Below the pieces are notes generated by a model. The model was not told the DNA's origin, did not search any database, and was given only the letters and a program-made list of their open reading frames with translations. Of a stretch of DNA of 64,000 bases, positions 27,707 to 38,274 are shown piece by piece; within the stretch, counting starts at the first letter, position 1, and each line of letters opens with the position of its first letter. The position numbers and the translations under genes are program-made. This DNA comes from Lachnospiraceae bacterium (GTDB lineage Bacteria > Bacillota > Clostridia > Lachnospirales > Lachnospiraceae): the NCBI GenBank assembly GCA_900771955.1, contig CAAGPW010000167.1, forward strand, positions 15,951 to 79,950, read 5' to 3'.

Positions 27707-29569
27707 ATGCAAAACGGAGGGGAACGGATGAAACAGAGACTGGCAGATTATGTAGCGGATTTTTTGGTGGCTCACGGAGTGACCGACTGCTTTAGCGTGG
27801 TAGGCGGAGGAGCCATGCATCTGAACGATGCGCTGGGACATAAAGAGGGTTTGAAGGTTACCTATAACCATCATGAACAGGCATGTGCCATGGCGGCAGA
27901 GGCTTATGCAAGACTGGACAACCGGATCGCTGCCGTCTGTGTTACTACCGGCCCCGGCGGAACCAATGCACTGACCGGAGTGGTAGGCGGCTGGCTGGAT
28001 TCTATCCCGATGTTTATCATCAGCGGACAGGTCAGATACGATACTACGGCCCGTTATGCGTCACAGTTTACGGAAGGATATTCCCTGCGTGCTATGGGGG
28101 ATCAGGAATATGACATTGTAAAGTCTGTGGAACCCATGACAAAATATGCGGTCATGATCGAGGATCCCTTACAGATCCGCTATGCACTGGAAAAAGCGTG
28201 GCATCTGGCAACGACCGGAAGACCCGGCCCCGTGTGGATCGATATTCCGGTCAACTTTCAGGGCGGATACATTGAGACAGAAGAACTGACGGGATATGAT
28301 CCTGCGGAGGACGATGCAGAGCTTCCTCCCGCAGTGGAGGAACAGACCGTTCAAATCATTCTGGAAAAGATCAAAAATGCAAAGCGTCCGGTATTTCATG
28401 CCGGCTATGGAATCCGTCTGTCCGGTGGCTATGATGTATTCCGCCGTGTGGCAGAAAAACTGAACATTCCGATCGTAACCTATTGGAATGCTGTGGATCT
28501 GATCGAGGATGAAAATCCGCTGTATTGTGGACGCGCCGGTAATATGGGGGACCGCCCCGGCAACTGGGCTATTCAGAATGCGGATCTGATCCTTGCCCTC
28601 GGCACACGAATTTCCATTCGTCAGGTCGGATATAACTGGAAGACCTGGGCAAGAGCTGCCGAGGTAATAATGGTAGATATTGACCGGGCAGAGATGAAGA
28701 AGCCGACACTTCATGTGGACATGCCAGTTTGGGCAGACGCCAAAGATTTTCTTCAGCAGATGGAGCATGCCATCGGTGATGATGCGCCGGTAAGTACCTG
28801 TAAAGACTGGCTGGCTGCCTGCCAACGTTGGAAGGCAGAATATCCTGCAGTACTTCCCAAACATTGGGAGGAAAACGGAAAAACCGCCAACGTTTATGCT
28901 TTTATCCGCTATCTGAGCAGTCAGCTTCCGGAAAACAGTCTGACCGCTGTATCCAACGGAGCCTGCTGCGTGGTGGGAAATCAGGCATATGTGATCCAGA
29001 AGGGAAGCCGTATGGCGAACAACAGCGCCATCGCCAGCATGGGATACGGTCTGCCAGCGGCTATCGGGACCTGTATCGGTGGTGGACGCAGGACGACCAT
29101 CTGTCTGGAAGGTGACGGAAGTATTATGATGAATCTGCAGGAGCTACAGACAGTATTGACCAATAAATTACCGGTCAAATTGTTTCTGATCAACAATAAC
29201 GGTTATCATTCCATCCGTATCACACAGAACAATCTCTTCAAAGAGCATTGTAAGATCGGTATCGGACCGGAATCCGGCGATCTCTCCTTCCCGGAGTTTC
29301 GCAAGATTGCAGAAGCATTTGGTTACCCCTACCATTCTGCCAGCAGTAATGCGGAGATGAAAAAGGTGGTGGATGAAGTACTGGCATTGGATGGCCCTGT
29401 ATTCTGTGAGATTTTCACAGACACTACGCAGGTATGGGAGCCTAAGAGCAGCACCAAACGACTGCCGGACGGAACATTGGTAAGTCCTCCACTGGAGGAT
29501 CTGGCACCGTTCCTGCCGAGGGAAGAACTGGAGAAGAATATGTTTATTCCGCTGATGCCGGAAGAATAA
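27707..29569 (+). CDS. Thiamine-diphosphate-dependent enzyme (acetolactate-synthase-like, YerE-type candidate).
   Basis: N-terminal TPP Pyr domain. C-terminal TPP-binding GDGS...N motif (LEGDGSIMMNLQELQT...NNNGY). Located within the CDP-sugar gene set. Confidence 0.7.
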   Translation: MQNGGERMKQRLADYVADFLVAHGVTDCFSVVGGGAMHLNDALGHKEGLKVTYNHHEQACAMAAEAYARLDNRIAAVCVTTGPGGTNALTGVVGGWLDSIPMFIISGQVRYDTTARYASQFTEGYSLRAMGDQEYDIVKSVEPMTKYAVMIEDPLQIRYALEKAWHLATTGRPGPVWIDIPVNFQGGYIETEELTGYDPAEDDAELPPAVEEQTVQIILEKIKNAKRPVFHAGYGIRLSGGYDVFRRVAEKLNIPIVTYWNAVDLIEDENPLYCGRAGNMGDRPGNWAIQNADLILALGTRISIRQVGYNWKTWARAAEVIMVDIDRAEMKKPTLHVDMPVWADAKDFLQQMEHAIGDDAPVSTCKDWLAACQRWKAEYPAVLPKHWEENGKTANVYAFIRYLSSQLPENSLTAVSNGACCVVGNQAYVIQKGSRMANNSAIASMGYGLPAAIGTCIGGGRRTTICLEGDGSIMMNLQELQTVLTNKLPVKLFLINNNGYHSIRITQNNLFKEHCKIGIGPESGDLSFPEFRKIAEAFGYPYHSASSNAEMKKVVDEVLALDGPVFCEIFTDTTQVWEPKSSTKRLPDGTLVSPPLEDLAPFLPREELEKNMFIPLMPEE

Positions 29570-29585
29570 CGGAGTACATAACGAT

Positions 29586-30503
29586 ATGAAAAAAGCAATT
29601 ATCACCGGTGCAACCGGAGCTATCGGTTCTGCACTGGTGCGGGAACTGATTTCCCATGATATAAAAGTATTAGTCCTCTGCCGGAAAGATTCCGGCCGCA
29701 TTGATCGAATTCCGGAACATCCGCTTGTGGAAAAATGTTTCTGTGATCTGCGTGAATTGGATCAATTAGAAAACACAAGCAAAGAAACTTACGATGTATT
29801 TTATCATTTTGCGTGGAGAGGTACTATCGGTCCGGAACGCAACGACATGTATCTGCAAAATGAAAATGTCAAAAATTCATTGGATGCCGTTCGGCTGGCG
29901 CAACGTTTTGGATGCCATACCTTTATCGGTGCCGGGTCTCAGGCGGAATATGGACGCGTTGAGGGTCTTTTGCGTGCAGATACACCGACGCATCCGGAAA
30001 CTGGGTACGGCATTGCAAAATTATGCAGTGGCCAAATGACCCGTGAACTGGCCCATTCATTGGGAATGAAGCATATCTGGACCCGCATTTTAAGTGTTTA
30101 CGGTCCTTATGATGGTGAACGGACAATGGTAATGTCTGTTATGAACAGCTTATGTAATCACATTGCTCCGAAATGCACTAAGGGAGAACAAAAATGGGAT
30201 TATCTGTACAGTAAAGATGCCGCCAGAGCCTTCCGTATGCTTGGTGAAAACGGCGCCGATGGAAAAGTTTACGTGCTTGGAAGCGGAAATGTGATGCCAC
30301 TATCCCGGTATATTCAGGCAATTTGCACCTGTGCAGCCCCGGATATTCAAGCAGTGTTCGGCGCTATTCCCTATGCTCCCAGACAGGTAATGTATTTAGG
30401 TGCAGATATATCTGAATTACAGGAAGATACAGGATTTGTACCGGAGTATTCTTTTGAAAAGGGTATTCAGGAAACAATCCAATGGTACAAGGAGAATTAT
30501 TAA
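29586..30503 (+). CDS. NAD(P)-dependent sugar epimerase/reductase (SDR).
   Basis: GATGAIGSALVREL Rossmann motif. YGIAK catalytic YxxxK. Confidence 0.7.
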   Translation: MKKAIITGATGAIGSALVRELISHDIKVLVLCRKDSGRIDRIPEHPLVEKCFCDLRELDQLENTSKETYDVFYHFAWRGTIGPERNDMYLQNENVKNSLDAVRLAQRFGCHTFIGAGSQAEYGRVEGLLRADTPTHPETGYGIAKLCSGQMTRELAHSLGMKHIWTRILSVYGPYDGERTMVMSVMNSLCNHIAPKCTKGEQKWDYLYSKDAARAFRMLGENGADGKVYVLGSGNVMPLSRYIQAICTCAAPDIQAVFGAIPYAPRQVMYLGADISELQEDTGFVPEYSFEKGIQETIQWYKENY

Positions 30504-30504
30504 A

Positions 30505-31455
30505 ATGAAAAAGATCAGTATACTTATCCCCTGCTATAACGAAGAGGATAATGTAGTTCCTATGAGTGAAGCTATTGTGAATCTGTTTACCACAGAATTA
30601 AAGGCTTATGATTATGAGCTTCTGTTTATAGACAATGATTCACATGACAATACCAGACCGTTATTGCGTGAAATCTGTGCGAAAAATCCTAAGATTAAGG
30701 CCATTTTTAATGCGAAAAATTTCGGTCAGTTCAATTCTCCCTATTATGGAATCCTGCAAACCACAGGTGACTGCACTATCTCCATGGTATGTGATTTTCA
30801 GGATCCCATCGAGCTGATCCCTCAATACATTAAAGAATGGGAAAACGGCTATAAAATCGTTATAGGAATCAAAACCAGCAGCAAAGAGAATCCGATCATG
30901 TATCATTTGCGTGGTTTATATTATAAATTCATCAAGAAATTCTCGGACGTAGAACAGATTGAGCACTTTACCGGATCCGGATTGTACGACAAAGATTTTG
31001 TGGAAGTCCTGCGGAATCTCAAAGATCCTACTCCGTTTTTGCGTGGCATCGTAGCTGAACTTGGCTATCGCAGAAAAGAAATTCCTTATGAACAGCCTAA
31101 GCGCCGGGCAGGAAAAACGCACAACAACTTTTACAGCTTGTATGATGCTGCAATGCTCAGCATTACCTCATATACCAAGATTGGATTGCGTTTGTGTACC
31201 TTCTTCGGTGTAATCTGTGGAACTGCCAGTGTTATTATTGGTTTGATTTATCTGATTATGAAACTGATAAAATGGAATTCGTTTGCTCCCGGAATGGCAC
31301 CTGTGTTGATAGGAATGTTTTTCCTTGGAGCCATACAGTTATTTTTCATTGGTTTTATTGGGGAATATATTTTGAGTATTAACCAGAGAGTGATGAACAG
31401 ACCATTGGTTATTGAAGAAGAACGGATTAATTTCAAGGAGAAACATCATGGATAA
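30505..31455 (+). CDS. GtrB-like polyprenyl-phosphate glycosyltransferase (GT2 with two C-terminal TM helices).
   Basis: MKKISILIPCYNEEDNV and FIDNDSHDNT. C-terminal TM pair. RBS AAGGAGAA upstream of the ATG at 30505. Confidence 0.75.
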   Translation: MKKISILIPCYNEEDNVVPMSEAIVNLFTTELKAYDYELLFIDNDSHDNTRPLLREICAKNPKIKAIFNAKNFGQFNSPYYGILQTTGDCTISMVCDFQDPIELIPQYIKEWENGYKIVIGIKTSSKENPIMYHLRGLYYKFIKKFSDVEQIEHFTGSGLYDKDFVEVLRNLKDPTPFLRGIVAELGYRRKEIPYEQPKRRAGKTHNNFYSLYDAAMLSITSYTKIGLRLCTFFGVICGTASVIIGLIYLIMKLIKWNSFAPGMAPVLIGMFFLGAIQLFFIGFIGEYILSINQRVMNRPLVIEEERINFKEKHHG

Positions 31456-31456
31456 A

Positions 31457-32455
31457 TTAGATGTAGTATATGCCTGCGATAACAATTATGCACCCTACGC
31501 ATGTATTTCCATGTGCTCACTGTTGGAGAACAACAGAGGATTTGAGAAAATTAATATTTATGTAGTATTGTCGCAGGTGACACAGGAAAATCAGGAAAAA
31601 CTGAGAAAACAGGCGGAACGTTATCATGCCAATTTTATTCCGGTAGATGCGGCAGAAATTATCCGTGAGATCAAGGAATTGAATATTCCGGAATACAGAG
31701 GATCGTATGCAACCAACTTCCGGCTGTTTTTCCACAAATACATGGCGGAAGATGCGGAAAAATTCTTTTATCTTGATTGCGATACTATTATCTGCGGTGA
31801 TTTGTCTGAAATATATAATCGAAATATGGGAGAAAGATGTGCGTATGTAGTACAAGATTCTCTTACCAATAAATATAAGCAACTGATAGGCTTCCGGCCG
31901 GAGGAACCCTATTTTAATGCAGGGGTAATGCTTGTAAATGTGAAGAACTGGAAAGAGAAGAAGTGTACGGAACGTATGCTGGAACATCTGCGTACGGAGC
32001 GTTCTGCGTATTGTAATCCGGATCAGGATCTGTTGAATATTGTTCTGAGAGACAGCTTGGAATTTGTGGGACCGGAGTATAATTTTCAGCCGATCCATCG
32101 AATGTTAGAGTATTCAAAGTATATAAAATTATATGAGAATCCTTCCTACTATACGGAAAAACAGATCCAATATGCAAAGGAACACCCCTTGATCCTTCAC
32201 ACCTATCGTTTTTTGGGAGAATTTCCCTGGCATGCCGGAAATCGACATCCGGATACAGAAATTTTTGATCATTATATGGCATTATCGGAGCAAAGAGATT
32301 TTTGTAAGAAATCGGCAAATGCAAATTGGCTCATGAAAATCGAAAAAGCACTGTTTATTCTGTTACCTCGTACTTGGTTCTTCCGCCTGTTTAAGTTGGC
32401 ACAGGATCACGATTTTGCCGTAAGAAACACGCAACTAAAACAAATGAATTATTGA
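31457..32455 (+). CDS. Family 8 glycosyltransferase (LPS 1,2/1,3-glycosyltransferase-like).
   Basis: LDVVYACDNNYAPYACISMCS, YLDCDTIICGDL (DxD) and AGVMLVNVKNW are GT8 hallmarks. Confidence 0.7.
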   Translation, partial: LDVVYACDNNYAPYACISMCSLLENNRGFEKINIYVVLSQVTQENQEKLRKQAERYHANFIPVDAAEIIREIKELNIPEYRGSYATNFRLFFHKYMAEDAEKFFYLDCDTIICGDLSEIYNRNMGERCAYVVQDSLTNKYKQLIGFRPEEPYFNAGVMLVNVKNWKEKKCTERMLEHLRTERSAYCNPDQDLLNIVLRDSLEFVGPEYNFQPIHRMLEYSKYIKLYENPSYYTEKQIQYAKEHPLILHTYRFLGEFPWHAGNRHPDTEIFDHYMALSEQRDFCKKSANANWLMKIEKALFILLPRTWFFRLFKLAQDHDFAVRNTQLKQMNY

Positions 32456-33198
32456 GGTTAATTATGCAGATTTATATTATTGCACACAAAATGGGCAATT
32501 TTCCTGTGCTGTCTGATATCTACAAGCCATTGCAGGTGGGAACGGCATTGCATGAACGCCTGAAAGGTAATTGGGTTTACGATAATGAGGGAGAAAATAT
32601 TTCCGATAAAAACCTTAGCTACAATGAATTGACAGGCTTGTACTGGATGTGGAAAAATTCCAGAGAAGATATTGTTGGATTATGCCATTACAGACGCTAT
32701 TTTGTAAAAGCATCGGGAAAGGTGCAAAATCTGCTGTTTGGAAAGCAGAACCATTTTTTACAGGAAGAAGATATTCGGAAAGCCTTGGAACATCATGACA
32801 TGATCGTTCACAATAAGACCTTTTTTAAGGAGGGCTGCGGTCAGCAGTTCCAGAGGACACAGAAACACCCAGAGGACCTGGATCTGTTAAGAAAAGTGAT
32901 CGAAAAAGAGTATCCGGAATATCAGAAGGCCTTTGAACAGGTATTTTCCGGAAAGACCTGTCATTTACTGAATGTGATGATTGCCAGAAAAGAAATTCTG
33001 GACAGCTATTGTAGCTGGTTGTTTTCTGTGTTGGAAAAGGTCGAAACAGAATTAATAGAACGGGGTGAGACGGATTTTTCCCGCAGACTGGGAATGATCG
33101 GAGAACGCCTTTTGGATGTGTGGATCGTACAGAATCAGATACGGATCAAGGAATGTTTTATGATCAATACGGAGCGGAATGACTGGAAACCATGGTAA
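32452..33198 (+). CDS. DUF4422-like putative glycosyltransferase.
   Basis: About 250 aa, MQIYIIAHK...YNELTGLYWMWKN pattern. This family recurs in polysaccharide loci. Confidence 0.45.
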   Translation: MRLIMQIYIIAHKMGNFPVLSDIYKPLQVGTALHERLKGNWVYDNEGENISDKNLSYNELTGLYWMWKNSREDIVGLCHYRRYFVKASGKVQNLLFGKQNHFLQEEDIRKALEHHDMIVHNKTFFKEGCGQQFQRTQKHPEDLDLLRKVIEKEYPEYQKAFEQVFSGKTCHLLNVMIARKEILDSYCSWLFSVLEKVETELIERGETDFSRRLGMIGERLLDVWIVQNQIRIKECFMINTERNDWKPW

Positions 33199-34664
33199 GG
33201 AAGAGTAACAAGGAACAGCACACCGGCAACAGTGTAGGAAGCAATTACATATTTAGTCTCATTTATCAGGTGGTGAACCTGCTGGTACAGGTGATTCTGC
33301 TGCGATATCTGACGATGGTCATTGGGGCAAAGGGAATTGGGATTCAGAGCTATACCAATTCGGTGGTGTCCTATTTTGTCATGTTCAGTGCCTTGGGAAT
33401 CAACTGGTATGGGCAGAAAGAAATAGCACTTCGACTGGGGGATAAAAAAAGTCTGTCCCAGTGCTTTTGGAAACTGTTTACACTCAAGGCAGTATGGTCG
33501 TTGATTGTACTTCCGGTGTATGGAATTCTGATTATTGCAAGCAGCGAATACAGGATCTATTACATAGCCATGTTTTTCACATATTTTGCAGGTTTGCTGG
33601 ATATTTCCTGGCTGTATCAGGGACTGGAACGTTTTGACATCATTGCCATCCGCAATACAGTTATCAAAGTATTGGGAATGATTCTGACATTTGCTTTTGT
33701 GAAAACGGAAGAAGATGTCCTACTTTACGTGGTTTTTGTTGCTATTTCCAATTTCGCGGGAAATGCGTCCATGTGGTTAAAATTGTCGAAAATGATTCTT
33801 CCTCCCGGAAAGGACTGTTTTCACTTCCGGGAATGTATCCGACCGGCGGTGCAGTATTTTATACCGACAATCGCTACAACACTATATCTGACCATGGACA
33901 AGACTATGATCGGTATGATCACAGCAGACAATTATGAAAACGGATATTATGAACAGGCGATTCAGATCACAAATATGCTAAAGACTATTGTACTGTCCTA
34001 CAATGCAGTTATGGTCTCAAGAATGGCTTTTTTATTTGCACAAAAGGAAGAGAAACATATCAAAGAACATTTTGCAAGTTCCCGGGAATTGATTCTGACG
34101 ATCAGTTGGCCGATAGTATTTGGTTTTGCCATGGTGGAAAGGGAATTTGTCACTTTATATTTCGGTGCGGGAAATGAGAGAATCGGTGATGTGCTATTGG
34201 TATTTGCACCGGTGATCTTGATCGTTGGACTCAGCAATATGGTGGAAAGCCATGTTATTACACCATTAAATAAACGAGAGATTGGTAACAAAATCGTGAT
34301 TATCGGAGCAATCGTCAATTTTGTTCTGAATCTGCTGCTGATCCGTCCGGCTGGAGCGGTGGGAGCTGCTGGAGCCTCCGTGATTTCCGAAGTGATTGTG
34401 ACGATTCTTTACGTCAAAAATTCCATGGGAATGTTGACATGGAAAGATGTTTTTCAATCCAGTATCAAAAAAATACTTGCAGCGTTCATGATGTCTGTAG
34501 TGATCTGTCTGCTAAAACAAGTTATGAACGTAAGCGTGATAGCACTTGCGGTACAAATCGTATTAGGCAGTATAACATATATAGGTGTCCTTATTTTATT
34601 AAAAGATAGTTATATAACTAATAAAATTTCATTTTTTTTCAGAGGGAAGGAGTTTAAAAAATGA
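33192..34664 (+). CDS. Wzx-type polysaccharide flippase (MOP superfamily).
   Basis: About 12 TM helices with the typical oligosaccharide flippase layout. Confidence 0.7.
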   Translation: MVRKSNKEQHTGNSVGSNYIFSLIYQVVNLLVQVILLRYLTMVIGAKGIGIQSYTNSVVSYFVMFSALGINWYGQKEIALRLGDKKSLSQCFWKLFTLKAVWSLIVLPVYGILIIASSEYRIYYIAMFFTYFAGLLDISWLYQGLERFDIIAIRNTVIKVLGMILTFAFVKTEEDVLLYVVFVAISNFAGNASMWLKLSKMILPPGKDCFHFRECIRPAVQYFIPTIATTLYLTMDKTMIGMITADNYENGYYEQAIQITNMLKTIVLSYNAVMVSRMAFLFAQKEEKHIKEHFASSRELILTISWPIVFGFAMVEREFVTLYFGAGNERIGDVLLVFAPVILIVGLSNMVESHVITPLNKREIGNKIVIIGAIVNFVLNLLLIRPAGAVGAAGASVISEVIVTILYVKNSMGMLTWKDVFQSSIKKILAAFMMSVVICLLKQVMNVSVIALAVQIVLGSITYIGVLILLKDSYITNKISFFFRGKEFKK

Positions 34665-36349
34665 CATTACAGCAGTATATTAAAGATGCATATTATTCAA
34701 TTAAAAAATTACTAAATGTTTTTTTTGTATTTTCAGCAGCTATTATGAGTTTTATTATGACTCTCAATTATTCCGTTTTTATAGAATATAATGGAACCAC
34801 TGGTATATCATACAATGTGCAACCTTTCTTTGCTGTAGCTGCTGCAATAATTACGTTGCCTTTATATCTATACCTTATAATAAAAAAGAACTTTGTAGAA
34901 TCATTAGAATTTGATAAATCACCTTGTATTTTTTTTGTTTCAGGTGCTGAAGCTGTTTTACTAATGTATCAAATGTTACAAGATACTTTTAAAAATATGT
35001 CTTCTATTATGCTATCTATTCATCTTGATTCAAATTTGTATCAGAATTTTTGCTATAATGTACTAACTTTATTATGTATTGTATCAGTATTGGCTTTATT
35101 TATATTTTCTTTTTATGTAAATAAATTATTATTCTGTTTTATAAAAGAGTATTGTCAAAAAGCTGATATTTATGAAAAAATATTCTTTGGAGTTGGAATT
35201 TCCATTTGTCTTTCTCTTATTTGTGTATTTTATACAAAAAGTAATGCTTTATGGTCTTCCTTGGATTTAGTTTATCAAACCGATTCTATGCTTGTATATG
35301 ACCATTATTACCCTGTCTTTACTTATGGTTATGACTTTGACTGGGACATTGGAATTGGCGGAATCAGGCATCCGTTAGCCACTTTTTTACTATATCCAAT
35401 TAATTTAATCGTAGTATTTTTATCAAATATGCTGTTCTGGATTCCAAATATTAGACCAATTTTATTTGCTTTATTCCAATCAATTATGTTAATTATAACA
35501 GTTATTACATTAAAACGTATTGTCAAAAGTAATTGGGTCTACTTTATTTTTACTGCTTCTTTTCCTTTTTTATTTTTTACTATTTTTATCGAAAAATATC
35601 AAATTGCCGTTTTGCTAATTGTAATGTTTGTATATGTAAAGCTTACGGATGATAGGAAAGAACTTCACGATTATTTTCTAATAGCTGCAAGCGGTATGAT
35701 GATAACATCTGCAATATATGGTTTATTCTGTGGTAACATAAATAAACTGAAAGAAAAAATTATAGAATATTTTAGAATCTTCTTTCTTTTCATACTCACA
35801 TTAATTGGAACTGGGCGAATAAATTACTTGATTAATTTCAGATATTTGTTAAATCAAAATTCCGTCATGTTTTATAAGGATTTGCATACTAAAATATCTT
35901 ACGCCGAAAGATTTAATGGTTTTACAAATTTAATTGCTTCAAGTTTTATTCCTGTTCAATATGAGGTAATGGGCGAACAAGGTAATCAGCTATACTGGCC
36001 TCACTTAATAGATAAAATAAATATATTAGGCTTATTAGTATTCCTTTTTATTATTGTAACAATTTTTTGCATGCGAAAAGAAAAAAATGTGCAACTTTTA
36101 TCTTTATGGTTCATATTTGCATTTGTCCAATTTATAATTACAGGTTTTGGCTCTAATTGCGAACCCTTATTTTCTCTTTATTTTTCTTGGGCAATAGTTG
36201 CTCTTTTAATTATAGGTATCAATCATTTTGTTAAAAAACCTATTTTGCAAGTTGTTTTGTACGGTTCGTTACTATGCGGAATGTGCTATACAAACTTTAC
36301 ACATATTACGTTTTTACTACAATTTCTTATTGAGAAAGCACCATTATAA
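34661..36349 (+). CDS. Polytopic membrane protein, putative Wzy-type polymerase.
   Basis: 562 aa, more than 12 TM helices, extremely AT-rich (about 28% GC). Lies between the flippase and glf. Confidence 0.45.
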   Translation: MTLQQYIKDAYYSIKKLLNVFFVFSAAIMSFIMTLNYSVFIEYNGTTGISYNVQPFFAVAAAIITLPLYLYLIIKKNFVESLEFDKSPCIFFVSGAEAVLLMYQMLQDTFKNMSSIMLSIHLDSNLYQNFCYNVLTLLCIVSVLALFIFSFYVNKLLFCFIKEYCQKADIYEKIFFGVGISICLSLICVFYTKSNALWSSLDLVYQTDSMLVYDHYYPVFTYGYDFDWDIGIGGIRHPLATFLLYPINLIVVFLSNMLFWIPNIRPILFALFQSIMLIITVITLKRIVKSNWVYFIFTASFPFLFFTIFIEKYQIAVLLIVMFVYVKLTDDRKELHDYFLIAASGMMITSAIYGLFCGNINKLKEKIIEYFRIFFLFILTLIGTGRINYLINFRYLLNQNSVMFYKDLHTKISYAERFNGFTNLIASSFIPVQYEVMGEQGNQLYWPHLIDKINILGLLVFLFIIVTIFCMRKEKNVQLLSLWFIFAFVQFIITGFGSNCEPLFSLYFSWAIVALLIIGINHFVKKPILQVVLYGSLLCGMCYTNFTHITFLLQFLIEKAPL

Positions 36350-36366
36350 TGCATGGAGATTAAAGC

Positions 36367-37485
36367 ATGAAATACGATTATGTTATAGTAGGAAGTGGTT
36401 TATTCGGAGCAGTATTTGCTCACGAAGCCAAAACTGTCGGCAAAAAAATTTTAGTTATTGATAAGCGTCCTCATATCGGCGGAAATATATACACGGAACG
36501 TATTGAGGGCATTAATGTCCACAAGTATGGCGCACACATTTTCCATACAAATAATCACACAGTATGGAATTACGTGAATAATTTTGCAAATTTCAATCGT
36601 TTCACCAATTCACCTGTTGCAAATTATAAAGGCGAACTGTATTCCCTCCCATTTAATATGTACACCTTTAACAAGATGTGGGGAGTTATCACCCCCGATG
36701 AGGCGGCTGCTAAAATTAACGAGCAACGCGCTGAAATCATCGGCATTCCGTCCAATCTGGAAGAACAGGCTATTTCTCTTGTAGGACGCGATATTTTTGA
36801 AAAATTGATCAAAGGCTACACTGAGAAACAATGGGGCCGGGATTGCAAAGATCTCCCCCCCTTTATTATCAAACGTCTGCCTGTACGCCTGACATTTGAT
36901 AATAATTATTTTAACGCACTTTATCAGGGAATTCCTATCGGTGGGTATACGCATTTGGTGGAAAACCTGTTAAAGGGTATCGAGGTTCAACTTAATACCG
37001 ATTATTTTGACAACAGAAATCAATTTGACGAGATAGCTGATAAAATCATTTACACGGGGCCTATAGACGCTTTCTTTGAATATCGTTTAGGTGCACTTGA
37101 ATATCGCTCCGTCCGCTTTGAAAATACGCTGTTAGATCAATCCAATTTTCAGGGAAATGCCGCTGTAAATTACACGGACAGAGAAACTCCCTGGACAAGA
37201 ATTATTGAGCATAAATGGTTTGAATTCGGCAAAGATGAAAACGGAAATGATTTAACCAAGACAGTTATCAGCAAAGAATACAGCTCTGAGTGGAAAATAG
37301 GCGATGAGCCATACTATCCTGTCAATGATGAAAAAAATACAGAACGATATCAAAAATACAAACAACTTGCACTGCAAAAAAAGAATATTATTTTTGGCGG
37401 ACGTTTAGGCGAGTATAAATATTATGATATGGATGCCGTTATTGCCGCTGCATTGGATTTATGTGCCCGAGAACTACATTGCTAA
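36367..37485 (+). CDS. glf: UDP-galactopyranose mutase.
   Basis: MKYDYVIVGSGLFGAVFAHE FAD motif. Canonical Glf throughout. Confidence 0.9.
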   Translation: MKYDYVIVGSGLFGAVFAHEAKTVGKKILVIDKRPHIGGNIYTERIEGINVHKYGAHIFHTNNHTVWNYVNNFANFNRFTNSPVANYKGELYSLPFNMYTFNKMWGVITPDEAAAKINEQRAEIIGIPSNLEEQAISLVGRDIFEKLIKGYTEKQWGRDCKDLPPFIIKRLPVRLTFDNNYFNALYQGIPIGGYTHLVENLLKGIEVQLNTDYFDNRNQFDEIADKIIYTGPIDAFFEYRLGALEYRSVRFENTLLDQSNFQGNAAVNYTDRETPWTRIIEHKWFEFGKDENGNDLTKTVISKEYSSEWKIGDEPYYPVNDEKNTERYQKYKQLALQKKNIIFGGRLGEYKYYDMDAVIAAALDLCARELHC

Positions 37486-37513
37486 TGGCTATCTGTCTAT
37501 TACACTACAATTT

Positions 37514-37545
37514 AAAGGAGGTGCCAACGACACCTCCTTTTTCTG
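37514..37545. terminator. Bidirectional intrinsic terminator.
   Basis: aaaggaggtg-ccaacga-cacctccttt followed by ttct. Confidence 0.65.
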
Positions 37546-37548
37546 CTC

Positions 37549-38274
37549 TTACTCTTTCACTTTAAAAGTCACACTCTTAATATTAATTCCCAATTCTCTA
37601 TAATCATCCTCTTTGAAGTCGCTTGGTTTCCAAGGCTCTCCCGAGAAGGTAATGGTATTCTCCCCTTCCACAAGATATTGACTCGGCAGCCGGAATACAA
37701 TGTTTTTGTTCTTATTTGCCCGTAATTTGCCGAGGTAGACTCCATTCGCATACACCTCCAGCCCATAGTACTCTACTCCATAGATTTCCACCGGTACTGT
37801 CTGGCTCTGATGAACTGTCACAATATAATCTCCGAGAGCCAGATAAGCCTGTAGTCCATACTCAGAACCATAGCCCCATCGGGAACCATCCTCCAACACC
37901 GGTGACATATTGAACCATACATCTTCTTCCGCAGTGTATTCATATTGTTCCGTCATATACTCCTGCAGTCGGATCACTTTCTGCTCTTTTTCAAAGGAAG
38001 TGGGTAGTCCGATCCAGCCGCGCTCACCGTCCTGCGTGTCCTCACTAATCTCTTCCGTAATGCGCAAGACCTGTCTTGTTCCTGTGATATCAACATCCCC
38101 CGACAGATAATACACACTTCCCTCTGTATGGAAATGTTCCTGTACAGACTCATAAGAATACCCCATCTGCGGTATAATATAAGCCTTATTCATAAACTCC
38201 AGCGGCAATAAATATTGTGACACCAGCGTGTCGTTCTTCTCCATATCGAACCATTTCCGCGATCGTCCCGGCAA
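37549..38274 (-). CDS. Hypothetical extracytoplasmic domain protein. May be the out-of-frame continuation of 38186-38866.
   Basis: ORF with no signal peptide of its own. Overlaps the upstream membrane ORF by 88 nt in another frame. Confidence 0.35.
   Translation of the reverse strand: MPGRSRKWFDMEKNDTLVSQYLLPLEFMNKAYIIPQMGYSYESVQEHFHTEGSVYYLSGDVDITGTRQVLRITEEISEDTQDGERGWIGLPTSFEKEQKVIRLQEYMTEQYEYTAEEDVWFNMSPVLEDGSRWGYGSEYGLQAYLALGDYIVTVHQSQTVPVEIYGVEYYGLEVYANGVYLGKLRANKNKNIVFRLPSQYLVEGENTITFSGEPWKPSDFKEDDYRELGINIKSVTFKVKE

Noticed and set aside
25439-27874. Long minus-strand ORFs (472 aa and 337 aa) antisense to rfbG/rfbH.
   Set aside because: Cys/His/Ile-rich shadow ORFs opposite canonical, motif-supported genes.
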